Shown here: positions 41,333-51,204 of the stretch, one piece after another | How the letters are laid out: every line of letters begins with the position of its first letter | Position numbering within the stretch: the first letter of the stretch is position 1 | Origin: an uncultured Rhodospirillales bacterium | GTDB taxonomy: Bacteria; Pseudomonadota; Alphaproteobacteria; JAWKYA01 | Direction: 5' to 3' | Assembly (NCBI GenBank): GCA_964397465.1 | Contig: CAYNIC010000007.1 | Span: 16,474 to 80,473 of the forward strand | DNA length: 64,000 nucleotides | The notes under the pieces: generated by a model | What the model was told of the DNA's origin: nothing | Seen by the model: only the letters and a program-made list of their open reading frames with translations | Databases searched by the model: none | Program-made: the position numbers and the translations under genes

Positions 41333-42039
41333 TGGCTTTGTTACAGATCGATGGCGTCGAGACATTCTATCAGCAAAGCCAAGCCTTATTTGGTGTGACT
41401 TTTTCGATAGATAAGGGGGAGGTAGTCTCTCTTTTGGGGCGCAATGGCATGGGTAAAACCACGACTATTCGCTCTATTCTCGGCATGACACCGCCTCGTC
41501 AAGGAAGCGTGTATTTTGCGCAGCAAAATGTAAAGGGTTGGCCAAGTTTTCGTATCGCGCAACTGGGCATCGGCTTGGTTCCTGAAGGTCGGCAGGTATT
41601 TCCGACATTAACCGTTGGGGAAAATCTTCTCGCCACAGCGGCAAATAGACTTAATCGGCCTCAAAAGTGGAATTTATCAAGAGTCTTTGATCTTTTCCCG
41701 CGGTTGCTGGAGCGAAAAAACCAATTCGCAGCCGCCTTATCCGGAGGAGAACAGCAAATGCTCGCTATTGGCCGGGCGCTTATGACAAACCCGCAACTTC
41801 TTATTTTGGATGAAGCGACGGAAGGTTTAGCGCCCCTTATCCGGGAAGAGATTTGGCGATGCCTTACCACTCTTAAATCCGATTCCATGTCTATTCTTAT
41901 TGTTGATAAAGACATTCATGCCTTGCAGAAAATTTCCGATCGACACGTTATCCTTGAAAAAGGATGGACGGTTTGGCAGGGAAATAGTCGTGAACTTAAT
42001 TCAGATCCGGGTGTCATTCAGAAATACCTCGGGGTTTAG
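41332..42039 (+). CDS. livF: ABC ATP-binding protein (LivF family).
   Basis: Walker A GRNGMGKTT, LSGGEQQML. Confidence 0.85.
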   Translation: MALLQIDGVETFYQQSQALFGVTFSIDKGEVVSLLGRNGMGKTTTIRSILGMTPPRQGSVYFAQQNVKGWPSFRIAQLGIGLVPEGRQVFPTLTVGENLLATAANRLNRPQKWNLSRVFDLFPRLLERKNQFAAALSGGEQQMLAIGRALMTNPQLLILDEATEGLAPLIREEIWRCLTTLKSDSMSILIVDKDIHALQKISDRHVILEKGWTVWQGNSRELNSDPGVIQKYLGV

Positions 42040-43251
42040 ATGACGGAATCTATTCTTTTTCAGTATGCTGACCGCTCAAATCTACCTGTCACCCATCAGT
42101 TTGGGCCCTATGAAGGTGATACGGGGCAAAATGTCTATGAGCAGCTGCGAAGTGCGTTGACAAAGACCGCCAAAGCGATGATGGCGGATAAAGTCTCGCC
42201 AGCTTTTTTGTCAACCATGGAATGGACGGTGACGCCAGAAGCCAAGAACGCATATCTGAGAGAGCTACGGAGAGTCGATTTAATTTTTCGCGAGGTTTTT
42301 GGCGGGAACTATCCAATTCTAACCTTGCAAGAAGATGTTTTGGATAGAGGACAAAGCATCAGAATCGTATCTATTGCCGCAGTTCCTATACCCGATAATC
42401 GCCAAGTCTACCGTCACTTTACTAAGGTGGAGTTGGATCGGGCCTATAGTGCTCGCAGTGCAGTTCCGGAGCATCTTGACATCTTTGCGGACTGGCAAAA
42501 GTGGAGCGATGATTTTCGCAATAGTGGGAAAGGGCAGTGCATTACATTGCCTTACGGACCGACGGCCTCTCAAAAGCTTGATCTATATTTGCCGCCGAAA
42601 ATCCCTCAAACGGTTTTACCCGTGCATATCTTTTATCATGGCGGATATTGGCAGGCTCTTTCTAAGAGTGAGCATGGTTTCTTAGCGGCGCCGTTTGTTA
42701 ATTCTGGTGTTGCTTTTGCGGCAGTCGATTATTCGCTTTGCCCCCAGGCAACCATAGACGATATTTTTCTTGAGGCACGCCGCGCTTTAATTTTTCTCGC
42801 GAAAAATGCGCCGCGCTACAGGGTTAGTACAAGTGATTGGCAGATCGGCGGTCATTCGGCGGGGGCGCAGATTGCGGCGATGCTGGCTACAGATAAAGAA
42901 GTTTCCTCGCTTATCGCCAGTCTGGTCCTGGTAAGCGGAATTTTCGATTTGGAACCGCTACGGCATACGGGGATGAACCGCGTGCTCGCTCTTGATCCCA
43001 AAATGGTCGAGCGTCAAAGTCCCTTGCGGTTATCCCCGCAAAACAAACCAACCGTGGTCCTTGCTGTTGGCGAAAATGAAAGCGCAGAGTTCCACCGCCA
43101 GACAGATGAGTTTGCGGCGGCATGGAGATCGAAGGGCACTACCGCTATGCAGGTACCCTTGCCGGGCGCTAATCACTTTACGGCCCTCGAGATTTTAGCC
43201 GATGTGGACAGCTCCTTGTTTAAACTGGCTCTTTCCGCGATCAAATCTTGA
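42040..43251 (+). CDS. Two-domain protein: an N-terminal YjgF/RidA-like domain (about 135 aa, tentative) fused to an arylformamidase-like alpha/beta-hydrolase. Translationally coupled to livF.
   Basis: The C-terminal domain has HGGYWQ and GGHSAGAQ (serine-hydrolase nucleophile elbow), like arylformamidase/AFMID-type esterases. The N-terminus aligns by eye to RidA (FGPY...ILTLQEDVLDRGQSIRIVSIAAVP versus PARSCVEVARLP...IEIEAIAV) but with Ile in place of the RidA catalytic Arg. The ATG immediately follows the livF TAG. Confidence 0.55.
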   Translation: MTESILFQYADRSNLPVTHQFGPYEGDTGQNVYEQLRSALTKTAKAMMADKVSPAFLSTMEWTVTPEAKNAYLRELRRVDLIFREVFGGNYPILTLQEDVLDRGQSIRIVSIAAVPIPDNRQVYRHFTKVELDRAYSARSAVPEHLDIFADWQKWSDDFRNSGKGQCITLPYGPTASQKLDLYLPPKIPQTVLPVHIFYHGGYWQALSKSEHGFLAAPFVNSGVAFAAVDYSLCPQATIDDIFLEARRALIFLAKNAPRYRVSTSDWQIGGHSAGAQIAAMLATDKEVSSLIASLVLVSGIFDLEPLRHTGMNRVLALDPKMVERQSPLRLSPQNKPTVVLAVGENESAEFHRQTDEFAAAWRSKGTTAMQVPLPGANHFTALEILADVDSSLFKLALSAIKS

Positions 43252-43271
43252 CTTTTAAAGGTATATGAAAG

Positions 43272-43284
43272 AGAATATTATTCT
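43272..43284. promoter_or_regulatory. AT-rich perfect palindrome upstream of the MarR-fusion gene; candidate autoregulatory MarR operator.
   Basis: AGAATA-T-TATTCT lies 27 nt upstream of GTG 43311, with a TTGACT -35-like hexamer at 43248. Confidence 0.3.
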
Positions 43285-43310
43285 TATTCATGTATTAGGT
43301 GGAGCCATAA

Positions 43311-44279
43311 GTGTTTGATAAGGCGGGTTTTCGGGCTGCATTGGGCCGGTTTGCCACGGGAATCACCATCGTTACTGCGCAGCCTAATGATGGAGCACCG
43401 GTGGGCTTAACGGTTAATTCCTTTAACTCGGTCTCGCTTGATCCTCCCCTCGTTTTATGGAGCTTAAACCGACAAGCCCAAAGTTTGCCCATCTTCAGCC
43501 ACGTTGGCCATTTTGGCGTCAGCATTCTTTCTGCCCATCAAATGGACTTATCGCAACGATTTGCATCGCCTGTTGAGGATCGTTTCACTGGTGTGGATGT
43601 TTTTACCAGTGTCACCGGTGCGCCGTTGATTCAAAACAGCACGGCGTGGTTCGATTGCGAATGCCGGCATTACTATGAGGGTGGGGACCATCTTATTTTT
43701 GTGGGTGAAGTCTTGGCCTTCGGCGTGTCGGATCTTCCGGCGCTTCTGTATGAAGGCGGTAAGTATAAGGTGACCAATCCTCATTCAAGCTTGACCGAAG
43801 CTGTTTCGCGTGGCCCTGGCTTAGAGCAGTCCGTTGCGCAATCATCCCACCATTCGAACGAAGATCTTTCTTATCTTTTGGCAAAGGTCAGCAAATGGGT
43901 CAGCGGCGGGTTGAGCGATGACCTAAAACAAAACGGACTTAGCTTGACGGATTGGCGTATTTTATCCTGCCTCCTGCGCTATCGAGAAACCACCGTAGGG
44001 GAATTAGCGCAAGTTGCTTTGTCGCCGCAACCAACGGTGACTAAGGCGGTTGATCGGCTTTGTGATCAGAATCTCGTTCAGCGTGACACAGATACCAATG
44101 ATCGACGCCGGGCGAGCGTCTCTCTGACAAAGCAAGGCCGATCCTTGGCGGAACACCTAGCAACGGCAGCAAACAATTACGAAACTGCTCGGTTATCGGC
44201 ATGTAACTCAAACGATGTTGCGGCGCTGAGGTCGGCTCTCGCGGGCGTTATAAGTCGGTATGACTCCGCCGCCGACTGA
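43311..44279 (+). CDS. Fusion of a flavin reductase (HpaC-like FMN-binding split barrel) to a C-terminal MarR-type winged-HTH domain.
   Basis: Residues 1-165 (GITIVTAQ...SVSLDPPLVLWSLNR...GDHLIFVGEV) match the flavin reductase-like domain. Residues about 215-300 (LTDWRILSCLLRYRETTVGELAQVALSPQPTVTKAVDRLCDQNLVQRDTDTNDRRRASVSLTKQG) match the MarR HTH. GTG start with AGGTGGAG SD. Confidence 0.65.
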   Translation: MFDKAGFRAALGRFATGITIVTAQPNDGAPVGLTVNSFNSVSLDPPLVLWSLNRQAQSLPIFSHVGHFGVSILSAHQMDLSQRFASPVEDRFTGVDVFTSVTGAPLIQNSTAWFDCECRHYYEGGDHLIFVGEVLAFGVSDLPALLYEGGKYKVTNPHSSLTEAVSRGPGLEQSVAQSSHHSNEDLSYLLAKVSKWVSGGLSDDLKQNGLSLTDWRILSCLLRYRETTVGELAQVALSPQPTVTKAVDRLCDQNLVQRDTDTNDRRRASVSLTKQGRSLAEHLATAANNYETARLSACNSNDVAALRSALAGVISRYDSAAD

Positions 44280-44295
44280 TCTCGGCCGGGATAAG

Positions 44296-46959
44296 TTATG
44301 ACGCTTTTTCCAACGCTAAGGCTTGCGGAGCGTACCCGAGATTAGGCGCCAACCAACGCTCCATCTCGGCAATAGTCATTCCTTTGCGCTTGGCATAATC
44401 CTCGACCTGGTCGCGTTCGACCTTGCCGATCCCGAAGTACGCTGCCGCAGGATGACTGAAATAAAATCCGCTGACAGCCGCTGTCGGCATCATCGCATAG
44501 CTGTCGGTTAGGCTAATTTTAGCGTTTTTCTCCACCTGCAAGACATCAAACAATGCGCGTTTTGTCGTGTGATCAGGGCAGGCCGGGTATCCCGGTGCAG
44601 GTCGGATGCCGCGATAAGATTCGGCAATTAACTCATCATTGCTCAAGCGCTCATCGGCGGCATAGCCCCAAAACTCTTTACGCACCCGCTCGTGAAGTTT
44701 TTCGGCAAAGGCTTCAGCCAGGCGATCGGCCAAGGCTTTGAGCAAGATAGCGGAATAATCATCATGTTCCTGTTCAAAACGAGCAACATGACTGTTAATC
44801 CCGCCACCGGCGGTGACGGCAAATCCGCCAAGGTAATCGACGTGAGGTCCGGATGCCGGTGCCAGAAAATCGGCTAAACAAAAATTGGGACGGCCGCTAT
44901 CGCGGCGATCCATTTGTTGCCGCAACATCGGGATACGCATCAATTCTGCAGAACGTGCCTCATCACGCCAAAAGATGATATCGTCTCCAGCGGAATTGGC
45001 AGGCCAAAATCCAATAACGGCGCGCGCTTCCAGCCATTTCTCAGCAATGATGGTCTTGAGCATTTTCTGGGCGTCATCGTAAAGCGGACGCGCAGCCGTG
45101 CCAACAATCGGGTCGTCCAAAATATCGGGGAAACGTCCGGATAACTCCCAGGCGGCAAAAAAAGGTTTCCAATCGATACGCGAAACCAATTCTTCTAGGT
45201 CATAATGCGCAAAAGACTTCGTTCCGATAAATTTGGGGCGCGGCGGCTGATATCCCGACCAATTGATGGGTGCGGGGTTGGCGCGTGCAGCGGCAAGGGT
45301 CAGTCGTTTCTTGCCTTCTTGCTGATTGGCGTGTGTTTCCCGCAAGCGCTGATAATCCAATCTTATTTCCTCGGCGTAATTTGAAACATTGCCGCGATTA
45401 AGCAGATTGCCGCAAACGCCGACCGCGCGGCTGGCGTCGGGAACATAGACGACTGGTCCCGCATAGTTCGGGGCGATTTTAACGGCAGTGTGCATCTTGC
45501 TGGTGGTGGCGCCGCCAATTAACAAAGGTATGGAGAAGTTCTCGCGCTGCATTTCTTGGGCGACGTAAGACATTTCTTCCAAGCTTGGCGTTATGAGTCC
45601 CGAGAGGCCGATGATGTCAACTTTCTCGCTTTTGGCAATTTCGAGGATTTTCGCACAGGGCGTCATCACACCCAAATCAACGACTTCAAAATTGTTACAC
45701 TGCAGAACCACGCCGACGATATTCTTTCCGATGTCGTGAACGTCGCCTTTAACGGTGGCCATAAGAACCTTGCCGGCCGACTGGGCGCCGCCGCCGATTT
45801 TCTCAGCCTCGATATAGGGCAGAAGATAGGCCACGGCCTTTTTCATGACCCGGGCGCTTTTGACCACCTGCGGCAAGAACATTTTGCCGGCGCCAAAAAG
45901 ATCGCCCACGACATTCATGCCATCCATCAGGGGACCTTCGATGACGGACAAAGGACGCGCGGTGGCTTTACGGGCTTCCTCCACATCCTGTTCGACAAAA
46001 TCATCGATCCCGTTGACGAGAGCATGAGTGAGCCGGCTGTTAACTTCTTTTTGCCGCCATGAGAGGTCAACTTCAGCTTTTTTAGTTTCGCCGGCGTATT
46101 TCCCGGCAATTGCCAGCAATCTGTCGGTCGCATCAGGGCGGCGGTTCAATAAAACGTCTTCGACATGCTCACGCAACTCGGGGGCAATCTCTTCATAAAC
46201 GGTTATCTGCCCGGCATTAACGATTCCCATATCCATGCCAGCGCGAATAGCATGGTACAAAAAGCAACTGTGCATCGCTTCCCGCACCGGATTATTGCCG
46301 CGAAAAGCGAAGGAGACGTTCGAAACACCGCCGGAGATACGGACATGGGGCAGGGTTTCCTTAATCCGTCGGGTGGCGTTGATGAAATCAACCGCATAGT
46401 TGGCATGCTCTTCGATACCGGTGCCGACGGCAAAAATATTCGGATCAAAAACGATGTCTTCCGGCGGGAAGGCGATCTTATCGACGAGAAGACGGTAGGC
46501 CCGGGTGCAGATCTCGACTTTGCGATCTTCGGTATCAGCTTGACCGCGTTCGTCGAAAGCCATGACGACGACCGCGGCGCCATAACGTCGAACCATCTTG
46601 GCCTGTTTCAGGAAGGATTCTTCGCCTTCTTTCAGACTGATGGAATTAACGATGGACTTACCTTGAACACATTTAAGTCCAGCCTCGATCACCGACCATT
46701 TGGATGAATCGATCATGATCGGGACTTTGGCAATATCAGGCTCGCCGGCGATCAGATTCAAGAAGCGGGTCATGGCTGCTTCCGAATCGATCATAGCTTC
46801 GTCCATATTGACGTCAATGATCTGAGCGCCGCTATCCACCTGTTCACGCCCTATGGCAAGAGCAGATTCAAAGTCATCACTTAAGATGAGTTTCTTAAAT
46901 TTGGCGGATCCGGTGACGTTCGTGCGCTCGCCGATATTCACAAAACGACTGCTGGTCAT
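44296..46959 (-). CDS. metH: Methionine synthase, C-terminal polypeptide: pterin-binding, B12-binding and AdoMet-activation domains.
   Basis: 887 aa beginning [17 protein letters not shown] (start of the MeTr domain), with [11 protein letters not shown] (DxHxxG cobalamin motif) and the C-terminal reactivation domain. Confidence 0.85.
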   Translation of the reverse strand: MTSSRFVNIGERTNVTGSAKFKKLILSDDFESALAIGREQVDSGAQIIDVNMDEAMIDSEAAMTRFLNLIAGEPDIAKVPIMIDSSKWSVIEAGLKCVQGKSIVNSISLKEGEESFLKQAKMVRRYGAAVVVMAFDERGQADTEDRKVEICTRAYRLLVDKIAFPPEDIVFDPNIFAVGTGIEEHANYAVDFINATRRIKETLPHVRISGGVSNVSFAFRGNNPVREAMHSCFLYHAIRAGMDMGIVNAGQITVYEEIAPELREHVEDVLLNRRPDATDRLLAIAGKYAGETKKAEVDLSWRQKEVNSRLTHALVNGIDDFVEQDVEEARKATARPLSVIEGPLMDGMNVVGDLFGAGKMFLPQVVKSARVMKKAVAYLLPYIEAEKIGGGAQSAGKVLMATVKGDVHDIGKNIVGVVLQCNNFEVVDLGVMTPCAKILEIAKSEKVDIIGLSGLITPSLEEMSYVAQEMQRENFSIPLLIGGATTSKMHTAVKIAPNYAGPVVYVPDASRAVGVCGNLLNRGNVSNYAEEIRLDYQRLRETHANQQEGKKRLTLAAARANPAPINWSGYQPPRPKFIGTKSFAHYDLEELVSRIDWKPFFAAWELSGRFPDILDDPIVGTAARPLYDDAQKMLKTIIAEKWLEARAVIGFWPANSAGDDIIFWRDEARSAELMRIPMLRQQMDRRDSGRPNFCLADFLAPASGPHVDYLGGFAVTAGGGINSHVARFEQEHDDYSAILLKALADRLAEAFAEKLHERVRKEFWGYAADERLSNDELIAESYRGIRPAPGYPACPDHTTKRALFDVLQVEKNAKISLTDSYAMMPTAAVSGFYFSHPAAAYFGIGKVERDQVEDYAKRKGMTIAEMERWLAPNLGYAPQALALEKAS

Positions 46960-48014
46960 TGGGATAGCTCAAAGGGTTCAAGGCCAGAAAGCCGCATGGC
47001 GGGTTGGTGTATCGGAATGGAGCGCGGAACAATGCCTGCAGTCCCGGCGGCGAAGGCCCTAATATGATCAGGAGTGGTCCCGCAACATCCGCCGACGATG
47101 TTTACGAGACCTGTCTTTGCCCATTCGTGAATATGGCCGGCCATATCTTCCGGGGTTTCATCATAACCGCCGAAGGCGTTAGGCAGTCCGGCATTGGGGT
47201 AAACGGAAAGACGCGTATCGGCTACACGCGATAATTCTGCCACGAACGGACGCATTTGTTTGGCGCCCAACGCGCAGTTAAGCCCCACGGCAAAAGGTTT
47301 GGCATGCTGAACGGAGTTCCAGAATGCCTCGGGCGTTTGTCCCGAAAGCGTCCGGCCGGATAAATCGGTAATTGTCCCGGACACAATGATGGGAAGTTGC
47401 GTTCCCATATCTTCAAAGACTTCGTCAACGGCAAAGAGGGCAGCCTTAGCGTTGAGGGTGTCGAATATAGTTTCAACCAAAATAATGTCGGCACCGCCGT
47501 CGATAAGACCGCGCGCGGCCGATGCATAGGCTATCCGTAATTCATCAAAAGTCACATTGCGCAAGGCCGCATTGACGACGTCGGGCGAGATTGACGCCGT
47601 ACGGTTGGTCGGTCCGATTGCGCCGGCCACAAAGCGCGGGCGCTTGGGGTCTTTTGCCTCGATCGCCGCCACTGCTTTCGCCGCAATCTTGGCCCCTTCC
47701 AGGTTCAACTCATAAGCGATATCGGCAAGATCGTAATCGGATTGGGAGATGGTTGTGGAATTAAAGGTGTTTGTCTCGATAATGTCGGCCCCGGCCTCGA
47801 GATAGGCGCGGTGAATGCCTTCAATAATGTCGGGCTGAGTGATGGTCAGAAGATCATTATTGCCCTTTAAGTCCCGCGGATGATTTTTGAAGCGGGCGCC
47901 TCGGAAATCATCCTCCGTCAGCTTGTGCCGCTGGATCATAGTGCCCATGGCGCCATCCAAAATCATTATCCGCTGTTTGGCGATCTGCTCTAGAAGGTGA
48001 GTTTTTTTACCCAT
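46956..48014 (-). CDS. metH: Methionine synthase, N-terminal polypeptide: homocysteine S-methyltransferase domain.
   Basis: [28 protein letters not shown]...[11 protein letters not shown] (Zn-binding Hcy domain), ending at [11 protein letters not shown] in the interdomain linker. Its stop overlaps the ATG of the next ORF (ATGA). The ATG at 48014 lies 1 nt after the metF stop, with GGAGG upstream. Confidence 0.8.
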   Translation of the reverse strand: MGKKTHLLEQIAKQRIMILDGAMGTMIQRHKLTEDDFRGARFKNHPRDLKGNNDLLTITQPDIIEGIHRAYLEAGADIIETNTFNSTTISQSDYDLADIAYELNLEGAKIAAKAVAAIEAKDPKRPRFVAGAIGPTNRTASISPDVVNAALRNVTFDELRIAYASAARGLIDGGADIILVETIFDTLNAKAALFAVDEVFEDMGTQLPIIVSGTITDLSGRTLSGQTPEAFWNSVQHAKPFAVGLNCALGAKQMRPFVAELSRVADTRLSVYPNAGLPNAFGGYDETPEDMAGHIHEWAKTGLVNIVGGCCGTTPDHIRAFAAGTAGIVPRSIPIHQPAMRLSGLEPFELSQ

Positions 48015-48015
48015 A

Positions 48016-48879
48016 CTATGCCGCCTCCGCAGCGACCGGTTGAATGCCAAGGCGCCGACAAATCGCATAGGTAAGCGCAGGACGATTAAGCGTATAGAAG
48101 TGAAAATCTTCGACGCCTTCGCGAACGAGATTCTGGCAAAGCTCAGTCGCCGTTGAGGCGGCCACGAGAGCGCGGGTTTCAGCATCGTCGTCCAGACCGT
48201 CGAAAAGCTTTGCCATCCAGCTGGGCACAACAGCACCGCAGCGCCCGGCAAACTGCACGACTTTGGCAAAATTCGTGACCGGCAAAATTCCCGGAATCAA
48301 AGGCGCCGAGATGCCTGCGCGTGAACAGGTATCGCGAAATCTCAGAAAAGTTTCCGCTTCAAAGAAAAATTGCGTAATAGCGCGATTAGCGCCGTTATCG
48401 ATCTTGCGCTTAAGGTTATCGATATCTGCGGCTACGGAAGGCGAGTCAGGGTGCTTCTCCGGATAGGCAGCGACAGAAATGTCGAAATCGGCGACATGGC
48501 GTAATCCCTCAACCAATGCCGCCGCATTTGCATAGCCTTGTGGGTGAGGCGTGTAGGTTGCCTCACCTGCCGGTTGATCACCGCGCAGGGCAACGATGCT
48601 GGTTATCCCTGCCTGCCACCATTCGTGGGCTAAATGATCAATATCCTCTCGCGAAGCACCGACACAGGTTAAATGCGCCGCTGGAACTAAAGGTGTTTCC
48701 GTTTTGATGCGACGGACGATCCTATCGGTGCGCTCGCGCGTTGAGCCACCAGCGCCATAGGTGACAGAGACAAATCGCGGCCGCAAGGATTCAAGCTTGC
48801 GGATCGTCTCCCAAAGCTTGGTAGCCTCGGTATCGCTATGTGGCGGAAAGAATTCAAAGCTGATACGCGGCGCGGTCAC
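48016..48879 (-). CDS. metF: 5,10-methylenetetrahydrofolate reductase.
   Basis: 287 aa; SFEFFPP...[13 protein letters not shown] is the MetF signature. Confidence 0.9.
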   Translation of the reverse strand: MTAPRISFEFFPPHSDTEATKLWETIRKLESLRPRFVSVTYGAGGSTRERTDRIVRRIKTETPLVPAAHLTCVGASREDIDHLAHEWWQAGITSIVALRGDQPAGEATYTPHPQGYANAAALVEGLRHVADFDISVAAYPEKHPDSPSVAADIDNLKRKIDNGANRAITQFFFEAETFLRFRDTCSRAGISAPLIPGILPVTNFAKVVQFAGRCGAVVPSWMAKLFDGLDDDAETRALVAASTATELCQNLVREGVEDFHFYTLNRPALTYAICRRLGIQPVAAEAA

Positions 48880-49856
48880 GAGACATTACCCTTTGCTTTA
48901 GGGAGAGACGAAGACTGACTCCGATCATTAGCTGCCATGCGGCCCGACCAAAGGCAAACAGATAAAGGCCTTCCTGGTAACGACAGTGGCTTAGCTTGAA
49001 CAAGACCGCTCGCCTTAAACCATTGGGCCATGTCGGCTTCATCGAACCCTAACCAGTGATGGGCATGATCGTCCCGCAAGGACGTCATGTCGTGGGGAAG
49101 AAAATCAACCACGATCAATCGCCCGCCGGGTTTCAAGACGCGCGCCGCCTCGGCAAGGGCAGCGGCCGGATCCTCAGAAAAATGAAGCGCCATATGGAAG
49201 GTGACAGCATCAAAGCGACCATCGGCAAAGGGAAGCTGATACATGTCGGCTTGCCGGACTTCGCAGTTGGTAAGGCCCTCTCGTTCGATCATGGCGCGGG
49301 CAAAAGCCAGCATCTCAACCGAGGTATCGACACCGATGGCCGATCCGACGTGGCGGCCGACCAATTCTAAGACCCGGCCCGTACCGGTTCCGATATCCAA
49401 AAAATCCTGAATTGGTTTTGCCAAAAGCAAATCCTTAAGGGCGGATTCTATTTGCTCATTATCGATATGCAGGCTGCGAATGGTGTTCCATTCATCGGCA
49501 TTGTTACGGAAATACTCAGCGGCATATTCCGCACGGGCGGCTTTTACGCCTTCCATCCGCTCCAAGTCACGCGAGAGCGCAGTGTCTTCCGGAGGGATTA
49601 AATCAACGAGGGTTCGGGCAAGATCGGCACTTTCACCCCCTTTGCTAAGACGGTAGAGTGCCCAATTGCCTTCCCGGTGCCGCTCTAAGAGGCCGGCTTC
49701 GACCAAAAGTTTGAGATGCCGGGAGACGCGGGGCTGGCTTTGCCGCAAAATCTGCACCAACTGACTCACGCTCAGCTCGCCATGGGCGCATAGGGCAAGG
49801 ATCCGCAATCGGGTCGGTTCGGCAGCCGCGCGCATTCCCTGCAGTAAAACGTCCAT
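48876..49856 (-). CDS. sahR: ArsR-type HTH regulator fused to a SAM-dependent methyltransferase-like domain (SahR-like).
   Basis: N-terminal ArsR wHTH (LRILALCAHGELSVSQLVQILRQSQPRVSRHLKLL) plus a class I MTase fold (LDIGTGTG). It sits upstream of and overlapping metF, the arrangement described for SahR. Confidence 0.7.
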   Translation of the reverse strand: MDVLLQGMRAAAEPTRLRILALCAHGELSVSQLVQILRQSQPRVSRHLKLLVEAGLLERHREGNWALYRLSKGGESADLARTLVDLIPPEDTALSRDLERMEGVKAARAEYAAEYFRNNADEWNTIRSLHIDNEQIESALKDLLLAKPIQDFLDIGTGTGRVLELVGRHVGSAIGVDTSVEMLAFARAMIEREGLTNCEVRQADMYQLPFADGRFDAVTFHMALHFSEDPAAALAEAARVLKPGGRLIVVDFLPHDMTSLRDDHAHHWLGFDEADMAQWFKASGLVQAKPLSLPGRPLSVCLWSGRMAANDRSQSSSLPKAKGNVS

Positions 49857-49918
49857 AAAGTCTCCAGCCTAAAGCTTATACAACAATATAAACATATCTT
49901 TATCTGTAAATTTAGCAA

Positions 49919-49942
49919 GGGACAAAAAGCGTTTTTTGTCCC
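49919..49942. promoter_or_regulatory. Long palindrome in the divergent sahR/xylF promoter region; candidate operator.
   Basis: GGACAAAAA-GCGT-TTTTTGTCC gives a 9 bp perfect stem about 65 bp upstream of the sahR ATG. TTGACA is at 49953. Confidence 0.35.
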
Positions 49943-50030
49943 CGTTAAGCCAAGTTGACAGTTTTAAGGTGCAATGCTTGAGTCAATTCGCCAAATCGTA
50001 ATAACCCATAATACTCAAAGGGAGGACAGA

Positions 50031-51080
50031 ATGGGGCAATTTAAGAGCCCATTATTAGGGCTCGCTATGGCTGCAGGCCTTAGCTTGACAGCTATGGTCG
50101 GTAGCGCGTTGGCTCAGGATAAGGTCGGCGTTAGCTGGGATAAATTCCAAGAGGAACGCTGGAAAATCGATGAAAAGGCCATCAAAGAAGGCCTTGCCAA
50201 GGCTGGCCTTCAGTACGTCAGCACCGACGCTCAAGGCAGCGCGGAAAAGCAAATTGGCGATATCGATAACCTCTTAAACCAGGGCGTTAAGGTTTTGATC
50301 GTTCTTGCACGCGACAAGGACGCCATCCTGCCTGCCGTTAAAAAGGCGGCTGCGGCAAAGGTTCCGGTTCTTGCCTACGATCGGTTGATCGAAGACCCAA
50401 GCGTGTTCTATCTGTCCTTTGACAACGTGGAAGTCGGCCGTCTTCAAGCACGTGAAGTGTTGAGGCTGAAGCCGAAGGGTAATTACGTTTATATCAAGGG
50501 CGGTCCGACTGACCCCAATGCCAACCTCGTATGGTCCGGTCAACAAGAAGTCTTGAAGGATGCCATCGGTAAAGGCGATATCAAGATCGTTGGCGATCAA
50601 TATACCGATGATTGGAAGCCCGAGATTGCTCTGAAGAATATGGAGCAAATTCTCTCGTCGACCCAAAATAAGGTTGATGCGGTTGTCGTTTCCAACGACG
50701 GCATGGCTGGCGGCGTTGTCCAAGCGTTGAAAGCCCAAGGCCTGGCCGGTATTCCTGTGTCGGGTCAAGACGGCGATCAAGCTGCGCTTAACCGCGTTGC
50801 CCGCGGCGAGCAAACGGTTAGCGTTTGGAAAAACTCGCTTGAATTGGGCAAGGCTGCTGCGGAAATCGCGGCTCAGCTTGCCAAAGGCAAGAAGGGTTCG
50901 GAGATTGCAGGCGCAAGCAAATTTAGCGGCGGCCCCAAAAAGGTGACCGTCGATGCGATCCTGCTAAAGCCGGTTCCCGTAACCCGCGATAATTTGAACG
51001 TCGTTATCGAAGCGGGCTGGTCCACGAAGGACAGCATCTGCCGCGGCGTGACAGCAAATCAGCCAAAGGCGTGCATGTAA
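50031..51080 (+). CDS. xylF: D-xylose ABC transporter substrate-binding protein.
   Basis: High by-eye similarity to E. coli XylF across the mature protein (VLAYDRLI...GDQYTDDW...SNDGMAGG). Signal peptide present; SD AAGGGAGG. Confidence 0.8.
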   Translation: MGQFKSPLLGLAMAAGLSLTAMVGSALAQDKVGVSWDKFQEERWKIDEKAIKEGLAKAGLQYVSTDAQGSAEKQIGDIDNLLNQGVKVLIVLARDKDAILPAVKKAAAAKVPVLAYDRLIEDPSVFYLSFDNVEVGRLQAREVLRLKPKGNYVYIKGGPTDPNANLVWSGQQEVLKDAIGKGDIKIVGDQYTDDWKPEIALKNMEQILSSTQNKVDAVVVSNDGMAGGVVQALKAQGLAGIPVSGQDGDQAALNRVARGEQTVSVWKNSLELGKAAAEIAAQLAKGKKGSEIAGASKFSGGPKKVTVDAILLKPVPVTRDNLNVVIEAGWSTKDSICRGVTANQPKACM

Positions 51081-51204
51081 TCATCTGGACGTAGATCTAG
51101 AGATTGTTGAAAATAACACCGGGCGGTCCGTAAGGGTCGCCCGGTTGTTACATCCGGATATAACCGGAGTAAGATAAGAGGCTTTGCCTCGGGGGAAATC
51201 TGCC

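Noticed and set aside
45556-46707. Two long antisense ORFs (168 aa and 180 aa) on the plus strand inside metH.
   Set aside because: They lie entirely within and opposite a well-supported conserved CDS. Stop-codon-poor GC-rich antisense frames are common and the sequences are low-complexity, so they are most likely spurious.
49919-49942. The GGACAAAAA/TTTTTGTCC hairpin as a rho-independent terminator.
   Set aside because: It lies between two divergently transcribed genes, with no gene ending at it. The T-run is inside the stem rather than after it. An operator role is more plausible.
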